A stretch of DNA of 64,000 bases. It comes from a virus. The notes under the pieces were generated by a model. It worked only from the letters and a program-made list of their open reading frames with translations, did not search any database and was not told the DNA's origin. Below, piece by piece: positions 1 through 8,545 of this stretch. The translations under genes were made by a program, and so were the position numbers. The DNA is taken from positions 32,001 to 96,000 of the IMG/VR virus record IMGVR_UViG_3300036832_001166, one strand, 5' to 3'. Position 1 is the stretch's first letter. Each line of letters begins with the position of its first letter.

Positions 1-33
1 CCACGTCACGGCAGCCGCAGCGCCGGGAGCCGC

Positions 34-975
34 ATGAAGCTGACGCCGCCGAAGAAGGGCCCGGGGATCCTGAAGTACTCGGCGGAGGTGCCGACTGAGC
101 AGCCCGGGCTGGAGGAGACGACGGTCGCGTTCGGCTACGGCGGTCAGCCGTCGATGTCGATCAAGGATGCTCGCGATCAGGAGCCTGCCTACGACCAGCC
201 GGTGTGGACCCGAACCAGCGTTCAGACTGACATCCCGGACCTGACCATCCAAGACGGCCGCGAGCCCTCCCCGCCGACACCGAAGCAGGGCGAGATCCTC
301 GTCGACGGCCGCGAGCCGTCACCGCCGACGCTGCCCGGCCAGATGCTCGTCGACGGCCGCGAGCCCCCGCCGCCGCAGCCGACCGGCGACCTGACGATCC
401 CGGACGGGCGCGTTCACGTCCAGACGATGACCCGGCTCGCCGAGGCCGTGCTGGCGCGCAGGGCCGCCAAGACCGGCGACGAGTTCGTGCGCGCCCGGGC
501 TCGCGAGCGCGTGCTCCGCCAGCAGCTCGCCGAAGCCGGGCTGTACAAGGAGGCGCTTCACCCACGCGGCCGCGGCGGGAAGTGGATGCAGGCGCAGCGT
601 GACCGGGTCGCGCCGTACTTCGATCTGACCAAGCCGCACGAGATGGTGCCCGTGGACGCGCTGCGGCCGACCAAGGAGGACCCGGAGTCGAGCTACCGCA
701 ACGCCGCGAAGCGGATGGACGACGCGGCGCGAGGCGGGCTGGCGAAACGCAAGCCGGTGACCGCTCAGCGCGGCGCTGGCGGCAGGCTGCTGCTCGTCGA
801 CGGTCACGCAACCGTGGAGGCACTCAAGCGCAAGGGCATCACGCACGTTCCGGCCGAGATCCGGCCGCGCGCCACGCCGCTGAACCCGAAGACCACGCAC
901 GAGGCGATCCGCGAGCAGGAGCGGCTGGAGCGGGCCGCGATCGAACAAGAGAGCAAGCGAAGGAGAGCACGATGA
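34..975 (+). CDS. Head-region protein with Pro-rich DGREP repeats and a C-terminal ParB/Srx-like domain; may start upstream of the window
   Basis: Frame open from base 1; DGREPSPP-type repeats; EALHPRGRGGKW motif; LLVDGHATVEAL resembles the ParB-N GH motif. Confidence 0.6.
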   Translation: MKLTPPKKGPGILKYSAEVPTEQPGLEETTVAFGYGGQPSMSIKDARDQEPAYDQPVWTRTSVQTDIPDLTIQDGREPSPPTPKQGEILVDGREPSPPTLPGQMLVDGREPPPPQPTGDLTIPDGRVHVQTMTRLAEAVLARRAAKTGDEFVRARARERVLRQQLAEAGLYKEALHPRGRGGKWMQAQRDRVAPYFDLTKPHEMVPVDALRPTKEDPESSYRNAAKRMDDAARGGLAKRKPVTAQRGAGGRLLLVDGHATVEALKRKGITHVPAEIRPRATPLNPKTTHEAIREQERLERAAIEQESKRRRAR

Positions 976-1307
976 CCCTGCTTGAAGACCGATTGCAGGA
1001 GGCCGTTGACGCGCGCAAGGCGGCGGCCAGCTCGACCGAGTTCGTGCGCGCCCGCGCTCGCGAGACGTACTTCCGCCGCCAGCTTGAGGAGAAGCAGTTC
1101 ACCGCCGCGCGCCGCGAGACGCTCGCCAAGAAGGGGAAGGCGATGCCGCACGGCGGCTTCCCGATCGAGAACGGCGCGGATCTCTCCAACGCGATCCAGG
1201 CGCTCGGCCGCGCGAAGAACCCCGAGGCGGCGAAGGCGCACATCATCAAGCGTGCGAAGGCGCTCGGACTGACCAGCAAGCTGCCGGACTCCTGGAACGT
1301 GAGCTGA
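972..1307 (+). CDS. Phage hypothetical protein (head-region family, LAKxGxAMPxGxFPI...W)
   Basis: ATGA overlap with upstream stop; motif recalled from actinophage head-region proteins. Confidence 0.75.
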   Translation: MTLLEDRLQEAVDARKAAASSTEFVRARARETYFRRQLEEKQFTAARRETLAKKGKAMPHGGFPIENGADLSNAIQALGRAKNPEAAKAHIIKRAKALGLTSKLPDSWNVS

Positions 1308-1810
1308 TGCCGTACGCCTGCCGCGGCAACGACGTCATCCGCTCCGACACCGGCGCGGTGGTCAAGCATCACTCAACGCACGCGAAGGCGCTCGCGCACC
1401 TGCGCGCGCTAAAGGCCAACGTCGAGAGTCAGGAGGCCGAGTGGCGCTGGCTGGATGAGCACGCCGAGGAGTGGCTGCCGACCGACGAGCAGCTCGCGCT
1501 GGAGGAGTCCGAGAAGACGGCCGGGTACTCGGTGACCAAGTCGCCGTTCTCGGCGAGCACCACGAGCAACTGGATCGCTCGGCTCGGGGGGCTCCCGGCC
1601 TACATCCAGAACGTGGCCAAGGGGATCATGAAGCGGGGCAAGACCGAGTCGCAGGCGATCCAGATGGCCATCGGCGTGATCAAGAACTGGGCCAGCGGGC
1701 GCGGCAAGGTCAGTGCTGAGGTGCGCGCGGCGGCAGCGAAGGCGCTCGCCGCCTGGGAGGCCCTGAAGGCCAAGAACGCGGCCAAGAAGGGCGCCAAGAA
1801 GGCCGCATAA
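1307..1810 (+). CDS. Phage hypothetical protein (NWIARLGGLPAYI family)
   Basis: Coupled start/stop; motif recalled from actinophage proteins. Confidence 0.75.
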   Translation: MPYACRGNDVIRSDTGAVVKHHSTHAKALAHLRALKANVESQEAEWRWLDEHAEEWLPTDEQLALEESEKTAGYSVTKSPFSASTTSNWIARLGGLPAYIQNVAKGIMKRGKTESQAIQMAIGVIKNWASGRGKVSAEVRAAAAKALAAWEALKAKNAAKKGAKKAA

Positions 1811-1831
1811 GCGCACGACGTGTGCTATAGT
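1811..1831 (+). promoter_or_regulatory. Repeated operator/extended -10 promoter
   Basis: GCGCACGACGTGTGCTATAGT; TG-C-TATAGT; member of a 13+ copy family. Confidence 0.75.
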
Positions 1832-1836
1832 CGTAG

Positions 1837-2020
1837 ACGTCAGGTGAGGAGTTTCTCCCTGATTGGCGCGAGTCGCCGGTGGGCCCCAGAGGCTTCGACC
1901 CCAGGCATGGGCGAGCAGGCCCGGCGCCAGACTCGCAGCCCCAACGGGTGGCTGACAGCAAGCCCGCTCTGACCCCTGGTCCGACCGACTTACCAGGCTG
2001 AGAGATGAGCGGGCTTCGGG
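1837..2020 (+). ncRNA. Candidate structured non-coding RNA
   Basis: No convincing ORF downstream of the promoter; stems AAGCCCGCTC(1960-69)/GAGCGGGCTT(2007-16) enclose CCTGGT/ACCAGG with loop CCGACCGACTT. Confidence 0.4.
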
Positions 2021-2025
2021 CTATC

Positions 2026-2048
2026 TAGCGCACGTTGTGTGCTAGAAT
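2026..2048 (+). promoter_or_regulatory. Repeated operator/extended -10 promoter
   Basis: TAGCGCACGTTGTGTGCTAGAAT followed by a hairpin and CCGACCGAGGA. Confidence 0.8.
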
Positions 2049-2090
2049 GGAGGTGCGGCCACGAGGCCGTGATCCCCGACCGAGGACACG

Positions 2091-2252
2091 ATGACCACCG
2101 AGAAGACGTTCACTATCACCTGCCAGCACGGCAAGTTCGCCAGTCGCTGGGTTGTGAAGGCGTACTGGCTCGGCGCGGAGCGTGTCGTGTACGAGAGCCC
2201 CAGCGTCTACGCCTGCTGCCGCTGGGTCGCCAAGCAGAAAGAGGAGGAATGA
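2091..2252 (+). CDS. Small hypothetical protein (MTTEKTFTITCQHG...)
   Basis: ATG just after CCGACCGAGGA leader; 53 aa; stop overlaps next ATG. Confidence 0.65.
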   Translation: MTTEKTFTITCQHGKFASRWVVKAYWLGAERVVYESPSVYACCRWVAKQKEEE

Positions 2253-2461
2253 TGAGCTACGCCCCCGAGTTCGTCGCTGACGCCAGCGGCACGTGGGCCG
2301 GTAACGCGCTGCGGTTCGCCACCATGCTGGAGGCCGAGCAGTATGCCTTCGACCTGTCGATGCGCTGGACGCTAGTGCGCGATACGCGCGTCGTCGAATC
2401 CGACGATCCCGTCAACTACGCCATCGTCGACGGCGTGCTCAACAGGATCGAGGCAGGCTGA
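2249..2461 (+). CDS. Hypothetical protein
   Basis: GAGGAGG RBS, ATGA overlap. Confidence 0.7.
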   Translation: MMSYAPEFVADASGTWAGNALRFATMLEAEQYAFDLSMRWTLVRDTRVVESDDPVNYAIVDGVLNRIEAG

Positions 2462-2808
2462 TGGGCTTTCTAACTCGCGCGCTCGTGCCGCGAAGTGTCC
2501 GACGCGCGGCACATCCTGTGCGGACCGCGAAGCGCGCCGCCACGCCTAAGACGATCAAGAAGGCGCGCCGCGCCCTCAGCCCGATCGACAACGCGATGTA
2601 CGACGTCGAGCGCAAGCTGAACACGAAGTCGCCCAAGCAGAAGCGGCAGGCGACACGCCCGAGCCGCAAGCATGGCGGGGCCTACATAGGCGCGTGGGTC
2701 GAGGACCGGGGCACCGGCATGCGCGGGCGAGTGACCGAGCTGCTGGACGACGGCTCCGTGGTGACGATCTGGGAGGACGGCGAGATGAGGACTGCCCGTG
2801 CCGACTAG
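2461..2808 (+). CDS. Hypothetical basic protein, possible SH3/KOW-like C-terminus
   Basis: Coupled ORF; GMRGRVTELLDDGSVVTIWEDG. Confidence 0.6.
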   Translation: MGFLTRALVPRSVRRAAHPVRTAKRAATPKTIKKARRALSPIDNAMYDVERKLNTKSPKQKRQATRPSRKHGGAYIGAWVEDRGTGMRGRVTELLDDGSVVTIWEDGEMRTARAD

Positions 2809-3004
2809 CGCACAGAACGACCGCTTCGACGCGGCCGTCGACCGGCTTGACGACCGGTTCGTCGCACGCGTGCTCGGGCTCGGCAGCTACGGCGCCGACT
2901 ATGAGGCGATCGTCGTGCGCTTCGACAGCCTCCCGCAGGATCGTGCTGAGCGGATTCTGCGGGCGCTGGAGGGCGAGGCCCGCCGGATCCAGGGCCTGTG
3001 GTAA
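2798..3004 (+). CDS. Hypothetical protein
   Basis: GAGG RBS; GC3-biased codons. Confidence 0.55.
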   Translation: MPTSAQNDRFDAAVDRLDDRFVARVLGLGSYGADYEAIVVRFDSLPQDRAERILRALEGEARRIQGLW

Positions 3005-3024
3005 CGCACGATGTGTGCTACAAT
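3002..3024 (+). promoter_or_regulatory. Repeated operator/extended -10 promoter
   Basis: TAACGCACGATGTGTGCTACAAT, then hairpin TGCGGTC/GACCGCA and CCGACCGAGGAG (3052-3063). Confidence 0.85.
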
Positions 3025-3068
3025 GAGGGTGCGGTCAGGAGAGACCGCAAACCGACCGAGGAGCAGAC

Positions 3069-4934
3069 TTGACCACCACCCTGCAAGCCGTTTACGAGCG
3101 CCAGCAGGCTGCCGATAACGCGCGCTGGGATGTCAGCGAGACCTACGAGCGCGTGTACTGGGAGCTGGACGCCCGGGCGCGTGAGCGGGTCAACGTGTAC
3201 GAGCATCCCGACGTCGCCGCCGCCCAGCGCGTCGCTGACAAGCTGAACACTGAGGTCGCCGCGCTCCGCGAGGAGGTCGGCGGACGCGTGTTCCGCGTCG
3301 TCGACAGCAAGCTCGACGAGCTGCGCGCCCGGATCGAGAAGCTGAATAAGAAGGCCGCCAAGTACGAGACCGAGCCGGTCACGCTGATCGTCTCCGACGA
3401 GCACGACCAGCAGGTGATCCGCGAGGCCCGCCCCGCCGGGGACGCGGTCGAGGCCTCCCTGGAGGCCGTCGAGGGCACCCGCCACTACACCGAGCGGATC
3501 GTCGACTACACGTTCGTGGTGGTCGACGGGCCCAGCGCGGTGATCGAGGGCTGGGTGTTCGTGGCCACGCTGGACCACGACGCCGACCAGGGCGCTGACG
3601 AGAGCGTCGGCATCCGCCGGGCGCCCGTGGGCACCAACCTGATCAACCGGGTCGGCGCCGAGGCCGCTGCGGCGGTCGAGGCGGCCGACCTGACGAGCTA
3701 CCGTCACGCGCGCGCTGACTGCGATCACTGCGGCTGGAAGCGGCGCCGCAACCAGACCTACGTGCTCTACGAGCTGGCCACCGGCGCGCTGCGCCAGATC
3801 GGCTCGACGTGCCTGAAGGACTACACCGGCGCCAGCTCCGCTGAGCGGGCCGCCTCGTGGGCCGAGTGGCTGGAGGCCCTGTACAGCGACCTGGGCGGCG
3901 GCGAGTACGGCGAGCCCGGCGACGGCGGCGGACGGATCGCCTTCCGGACCGACGACTTCCTGGCCAACGTGGCAGCGGTCACCCGCGAGAACGGCTGGCG
4001 ATCGCGCTGGAGCAAGGACGGCTACGGCGGCTTCGAGCGCAACCACGACGCCACAGCCGACCAGGCGCTGGCCAACATGAACGCCCGCAAGCCTGACATC
4101 AAGGTCACCGACGAGGACTGCGAGGAGGCCCGGATCGCGCTGGAGTGGGTCCGCGACGACCTTGCCGAGCGCGACGAGCTGGACGAGTTCCAGCACAACC
4201 TCGCGACCTACTGCCGCGCGGACTACCTGCCCGCCAAGGGCGACGGGTTCGTGGCCTACGCCATCGAAGCGCGCAAGCGCGAGATCGGGACGCGGCTGGA
4301 GTACGAGCGCAAGGAGCGGGTCGCGGTCGAGTCCGAGTGGATCGGCGAGCCCAAGCAGCGGATCAAGGGCCTGGTCTTCACCGTCACCTTCACCAAGGTG
4401 ATCGACGGGCTCTACGGCGCCAAGCAGCTCACCAAGGGCCACGACGCCGACGGGAACCTCCTGATCTGGTGGGCGTCCGGCGGCACCTGGCTCGACCAGG
4501 GTCACACCTACGAGCTGACCGCCACCGTCAAGGCCCACGACCGCGACAGCTACCAGAATGACGCGAAGGTGACCGAGATCACCCGGGTCCACGGGCCCTC
4601 CGTCACGGACATCACCGTGTGCGAGACGTGCGGCGAGCGACTCCAGCCCGACCCCGAGAAGGCGGGCTCAAGCAAGGCCGAGATCTGCGCCTGCACCATC
4701 AAGGCGCGGGAGGAGGAGGACGCGAAGCGGGCCGCTGAGGAGGCGGCCTTTGACGCTGAGCACGCTGAGCTGCGCGCGATCTACGACCGCGTCCGCGGAG
4801 ACAACCAGAGCATCTGGCGGCACCTGAAGTTCGGGAGCTTCGTCGCGACCGCGAAGAACGACCCCGAGCTGGTCGAGGCGCTGGTGAAGAGCCTGGACGA
4901 GAAGGCAGCAGCAACGACCGAGGAGACACGATGA
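3069..4934 (+). CDS. Large phage hypothetical protein with CxxC...C zinc site and OB-fold-like C-terminal region
   Basis: CDHCG...QIGSTCLKDYTG; 621 aa; strong codon bias; TTG start after the conserved leader. Confidence 0.75.
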   Translation: MTTTLQAVYERQQAADNARWDVSETYERVYWELDARARERVNVYEHPDVAAAQRVADKLNTEVAALREEVGGRVFRVVDSKLDELRARIEKLNKKAAKYETEPVTLIVSDEHDQQVIREARPAGDAVEASLEAVEGTRHYTERIVDYTFVVVDGPSAVIEGWVFVATLDHDADQGADESVGIRRAPVGTNLINRVGAEAAAAVEAADLTSYRHARADCDHCGWKRRRNQTYVLYELATGALRQIGSTCLKDYTGASSAERAASWAEWLEALYSDLGGGEYGEPGDGGGRIAFRTDDFLANVAAVTRENGWRSRWSKDGYGGFERNHDATADQALANMNARKPDIKVTDEDCEEARIALEWVRDDLAERDELDEFQHNLATYCRADYLPAKGDGFVAYAIEARKREIGTRLEYERKERVAVESEWIGEPKQRIKGLVFTVTFTKVIDGLYGAKQLTKGHDADGNLLIWWASGGTWLDQGHTYELTATVKAHDRDSYQNDAKVTEITRVHGPSVTDITVCETCGERLQPDPEKAGSSKAEICACTIKAREEEDAKRAAEEAAFDAEHAELRAIYDRVRGDNQSIWRHLKFGSFVATAKNDPELVEALVKSLDEKAAATTEETR

Positions 4935-5167
4935 CCACGACCGAGAACACGACCGTCACGATCGGCCGGATCACCTACGAGGTGACCGCCACCGGCGACG
5001 AGAACACGCCGTACGAGCTGCGCGGACCGCGCGGCGCGCACTACGGGCTGATGCGCAACGTGCCCCGACCCGAACTGCTGTTCCTCTTCAACATGAGGGG
5101 CTTCACGCGGGGCACGCCCGACGCCTGGTTCACCGACCGGAGCGGGACACTGGAGCTGCTGCGATGA
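4931..5167 (+). CDS. Hypothetical protein
   Basis: GAGGAG RBS, ATGA overlap. Confidence 0.7.
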   Translation: MTTTENTTVTIGRITYEVTATGDENTPYELRGPRGAHYGLMRNVPRPELLFLFNMRGFTRGTPDAWFTDRSGTLELLR

Positions 5168-5406
5168 CCGATGAACCGTTCAGGATCGGACCCGACTATC
5201 TCAACGAGGTGCTCGACGCCGCTGACGTGAAGGGCGTCACGATGACGAAGGACTGGCGCGGGCAGCTCAAGCTCGACACCGAGCTGTCATCGACCGAGGT
5301 GATCAACCTCCTGATCAGCGGCCTAGCCCTGCTGTACGCCCGGCTGACCAAGGCGCGTGACGAGCTGGCCAGGACGCAGGAGGCAATCATCGGGGATGAG
5401 CCATGA
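5164..5406 (+). CDS. Hypothetical protein
   Basis: ATGA-coupled. Confidence 0.65.
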   Translation: MTDEPFRIGPDYLNEVLDAADVKGVTMTKDWRGQLKLDTELSSTEVINLLISGLALLYARLTKARDELARTQEAIIGDEP

Positions 5407-5621
5407 GCAACCTCAGGCTGCTCTGGATCCGCAGCGCGACGGACCGCTACTCGCGTGACGCGGACGAGGCGTCCAACTGGTACGAGCTGCGCGAGGACGA
5501 CGGCACGCTGATCACCGAGGGCGACGACCACGACATCCTGATGGCGCTCGCGGACCGCGAGGGCGTCGAGATCGACTACGGCCCGAACACCGGCGCCGGG
5601 CGACGGCGGGCTGAAGGATGA
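5403..5621 (+). CDS. Hypothetical protein
   Basis: ATGA-coupled. Confidence 0.65.
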   Translation: MSNLRLLWIRSATDRYSRDADEASNWYELREDDGTLITEGDDHDILMALADREGVEIDYGPNTGAGRRRAEG

Positions 5622-5671
5622 GCCGGATCCTGGCCCGGAAGCAGGAAGCGATCATCGGTGACGAGCCATGA
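5618..5671 (+). pseudogene. 17-codon chimeric remnant MSRILARKQEAIIGDEP
   Basis: 3' end duplicates the end of 5164-5406; 5' end resembles the start of 5668-5796. Confidence 0.45.
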
Positions 5672-5796
5672 GCCGCATTGTTGCTCGTGTGCTCGCGCTG
5701 GTGGCTGACGCGCTCAAGCTGATCGCCGCCGGTGGCTACGCGCAGGCGGCGGGTAGCTTGCGCCAGGCCGCCAACCAACTGGACGAGCTGTCATGA
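5668..5796 (+). CDS. Small hypothetical protein (MSRIVARVLALVADALK...)
   Basis: ATGA-coupled 42-aa amphipathic ORF, translated by hand. Confidence 0.5.
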   Translation: MSRIVARVLALVADALKLIAAGGYAQAAGSLRQAANQLDELS

Positions 5797-5816
5797 ACGC
5801 CGCTCGGGTCCCGGCA

Positions 5817-6725
5817 TCACCGCGGTGACTGCTGAACCTCGGCGCACACGGCGAACGCCGTGACCTGCCACGCGAGCGTGGCGCCGTGGCTGACTACGCC
5901 GATCAGCCAGCCGCGGTCGTCGGGCGCAGGGCCGTCGGCCTGAACGACGAGGTGTGGGTCGGCGGGCTGGTTGGAGAACCCGCCGGAGATCGCGGCCATT
6001 CCCCCCGGGCAGTCCACGGTCAGCAGCTTGGCCGGTGTCGTGTCGGGCCCGTCGACCTGCTTGACGACGGTCACGCTGGAGACTCCCGCTGAGCCCTGGG
6101 GCCCGGCTACGCCCGGCGGCCCCTGCGGCCCGGTGTCGCCCTTCTCGCCCTTTGCGCCACGGATGCCCTGGATGCCCTGGGCGCCCTGGTCGCCGGTCGC
6201 GCCGGGTACGCCCTGGTCGCCGGTCGCGCCCGTCGGACCGATCTCTCCGGTGGCTCCAGCCGGGCCGGTGGTGCCGGGCACGCCTGCGGCCCCGGTGGCG
6301 CCAACCGCGCCGGTGGCGCCGGGTGCGCCCGCCGCTCCAGCGTCGCCCTTCGCGCCCTTGGGCCCGGCCGGGCCCGGCGGCAGGGCCGCGGGGTTAGAGC
6401 CCGGCTGCCCGGGTGCGCCGTCCTTGCCGTTGGCGCCGGGGACGCCCGGTAGGCCGCGCTCGCCGCGCAGGTAGAGGTAGATGTCGTTGCTCTTGTCGTT
6501 GGCGGAGCTGGCGGTCTTGTGCGCGTGATCGGCAGCGAGCTGGGCCGCGTCGGTCTGATCGCGGGCGACGCGTCCGGCCAGCAGCAGCGCCGCGCATGTG
6601 AGTAGGGCCAGGCAGCCGAGCGCGAGCCAGGTGCCGAGGAACCGGTGGCGCGAGTAGCGCAGCACCTGCTTGTTGAGGGCGGCGAGCTGTTGGAGCGGGT
6701 CGGGCGGGGGGTCAGGGGTCGCCAT
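5817..6725 (-). CDS. Membrane-anchored collagen-like protein
   Basis: N-terminal TM helix (FLGTWLALGCLALLTCAALLLAG); long Gly-X-Y tract; small C-terminal Cys-containing domain. Confidence 0.85.
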   Translation of the reverse strand: MATPDPPPDPLQQLAALNKQVLRYSRHRFLGTWLALGCLALLTCAALLLAGRVARDQTDAAQLAADHAHKTASSANDKSNDIYLYLRGERGLPGVPGANGKDGAPGQPGSNPAALPPGPAGPKGAKGDAGAAGAPGATGAVGATGAAGVPGTTGPAGATGEIGPTGATGDQGVPGATGDQGAQGIQGIRGAKGEKGDTGPQGPPGVAGPQGSAGVSSVTVVKQVDGPDTTPAKLLTVDCPGGMAAISGGFSNQPADPHLVVQADGPAPDDRGWLIGVVSHGATLAWQVTAFAVCAEVQQSPR

Positions 6726-7035
6726 CGCTGGTCTCCTTGGGGTCGAGTCTGCGCATCTTGCCGCCCAGCATCGCCTGCGTCTCGGCCAGTTGGCGCCGCG
6801 CCTCGCGCAGCTCGCCGGTCAGCTCGGTGTTGCGCTGGTGCTCCTCATCGCGCTGCGTGCGCAGCTCGGCGGTGAGCGCGGTCATCTCGCTGACGATGGT
6901 GTTCTGCTGGGTGAGGACGGCGGTGGTGTCGTCACGCCGCCAGCGCAGCGCGGTGAAGATCAGACCCGCTACACCGGCGACACCGATGGCGATAGACACC
7001 AGGGAGGGGACGTCTATGGCAGCGAGGATCGGCAT
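6712..7035 (-). CDS. Holin-like membrane protein (TM helix plus coiled coil)
   Basis: GAGGTG RBS; LVSIAIGVAGVAGLIFTALRWRR then heptad-rich tail. Confidence 0.6.
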   Translation of the reverse strand: MPILAAIDVPSLVSIAIGVAGVAGLIFTALRWRRDDTTAVLTQQNTIVSEMTALTAELRTQRDEEHQRNTELTGELREARRQLAETQAMLGGKMRRLDPKETSDGDP

Positions 7036-7138
7036 CACCTCACATCGTCCCGGCCAACCCGGGACAGCCCGGAATCCGAATCCGGGAGGCGCCCAGACCG
7101 GCTGTAGGCTCCGGTCTGTGTCCAGCGAAGGAGACCCC

Positions 7139-7816
7139 GTGAATGAGATCGAGCGGCTGCTGGAGCGTGGTGCTGTCCTCCTGGAGCCTGCCGGGCCGAT
7201 GCTGCCGACCGAGTACGGCAAGCGTTGGCTGGAGCGGATCTGGACCGACCTCGACCGCCACTCCAACACGATCCGCGACGTGGCCAAGCTCGCTGAATGC
7301 GAGCGGACGGAGGCCGGGTGGGAGAGCGAAGCGCAGCGATGGGCGGCGCTGGAGCAGCTCCTGACCGACGAGGGCGTTCCGACCGCGATCAGCTCGGGCG
7401 TCTCGCAGTACGGGATGGCGAAGCTGATCGACCACCTGAACGGCAAGACGGCGTTCACGATGCCGGTCACGGTGGCGATGGCGCTGCTGACGGCCGCGCC
7501 GACCTCCACCACCACCGGCGCCACGGGCGTGGAGGCGACCTATACCGGCTACGGCCGTCAGACGATCGCTGGTGCCGGATGGAACGCTGCGACGGCCGCG
7601 ACGCCATCGGTGGGCACCAACGCGTCGACGATCACGTTCGGCAACTGCACGGCGGGCACGAGCACGCTGCTCGGCTTCACCCTCGATGATTCGGCCACGG
7701 TCAGCGCGGGCAACGCGCTGTGGTACGGGACGCTGACCTCGACGGTCATCTCGACCACGCAGACCCCGCCGACGGTCGCGGCGGGTGCGCTGAGCACGTC
7801 CATGACCGGGACCTAG
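7139..7816 (+). CDS. Virion structural protein, minor tail/fibre family (LIDHLNG...YxRQ...ITF...GNALWYG)
   Basis: GAAGGAG RBS before GTG 7139; C-terminal domain matches a common phage fibre-associated family. Confidence 0.7.
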   Translation: MNEIERLLERGAVLLEPAGPMLPTEYGKRWLERIWTDLDRHSNTIRDVAKLAECERTEAGWESEAQRWAALEQLLTDEGVPTAISSGVSQYGMAKLIDHLNGKTAFTMPVTVAMALLTAAPTSTTTGATGVEATYTGYGRQTIAGAGWNAATAATPSVGTNASTITFGNCTAGTSTLLGFTLDDSATVSAGNALWYGTLTSTVISTTQTPPTVAAGALSTSMTGT

Positions 7817-7828
7817 AGGGGAGCGACG

Positions 7829-8254
7829 ATGGGCGAGATCTACACCCACCCGGACACCGGCGAGGAGGTCGAGATCCCCGACGGGGCGGAGATCACCTAC
7901 GTCGGCAAGGGCAAGGACGCCCAGATCGCCGGGTGGTCAAACCCGCCCGACACGGCCGAGGGCGACCTGCACCCCGACCAGGTCGAGGACTACGAGCCGC
8001 ACTTCGACCGGGCGAGCATCCAGCGTCGCGTGCTCGGCTACATCACCGATGACGACCACGTCGGCCGTGGGCCGCGCAACACTGCCGACCGGCTGAACCA
8101 GGAGCTTGACGAGGATCCGTTCTCGCCGTACGTCGCTGACGACGATGATGTCCAGGCCTACCTGGATGAGTTGGTCGAGGCGGGGCTGGTCGAGGACCGC
8201 GGCGACGGCACCTACGGCGTCACCGAGCCGGGGCGCATCGAACTCGTCAACTAG
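7829..8254 (+). CDS. Hypothetical acidic protein, possible C-terminal winged helix
   Basis: GAGGGGAG RBS; YLDELVEAGLVEDRGDGTYGVTEPG. Confidence 0.7.
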   Translation: MGEIYTHPDTGEEVEIPDGAEITYVGKGKDAQIAGWSNPPDTAEGDLHPDQVEDYEPHFDRASIQRRVLGYITDDDHVGRGPRNTADRLNQELDEDPFSPYVADDDDVQAYLDELVEAGLVEDRGDGTYGVTEPGRIELVN

Positions 8255-8266
8255 GAAGGGGCCGTC

Positions 8267-8545
8267 ATGGTCACCGCTCGCTTCGCTGACGGCACGGCTG
8301 GCGTCTACAACACCGTCACCGAGGCGCTTGACCAGGCGTCCGCGGACCAGATGCTAGGCACGGGTGACCTGCAGGACGTGATCGACGGCGGCCCGTACGA
8401 CGATCCATTCTCCGTCGCCAACCCGACCATCGTGGCGACGCCCGCCGATCTCGCGACGCATTACACGACGTGGTCGCAGGCAAACGGTGAGGTCGGCGGC
8501 CGGGTGATGCCCGTCAACCTGATCGACGCCTCCGGGGTGTACTGA
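8267..8545 (+). CDS. Hypothetical protein
   Basis: GGAAGGGG RBS. Confidence 0.65.
   Translation: MVTARFADGTAGVYNTVTEALDQASADQMLGTGDLQDVIDGGPYDDPFSVANPTIVATPADLATHYTTWSQANGEVGGRVMPVNLIDASGVY

Noticed and set aside
3018-4592. Long reverse-strand ORFs (also 13010-15052, 21014-22450, 28680-29794, 47286-48020)
   Set aside because: Antisense shadows of high-GC3 genes, with no RBS or domain signatures
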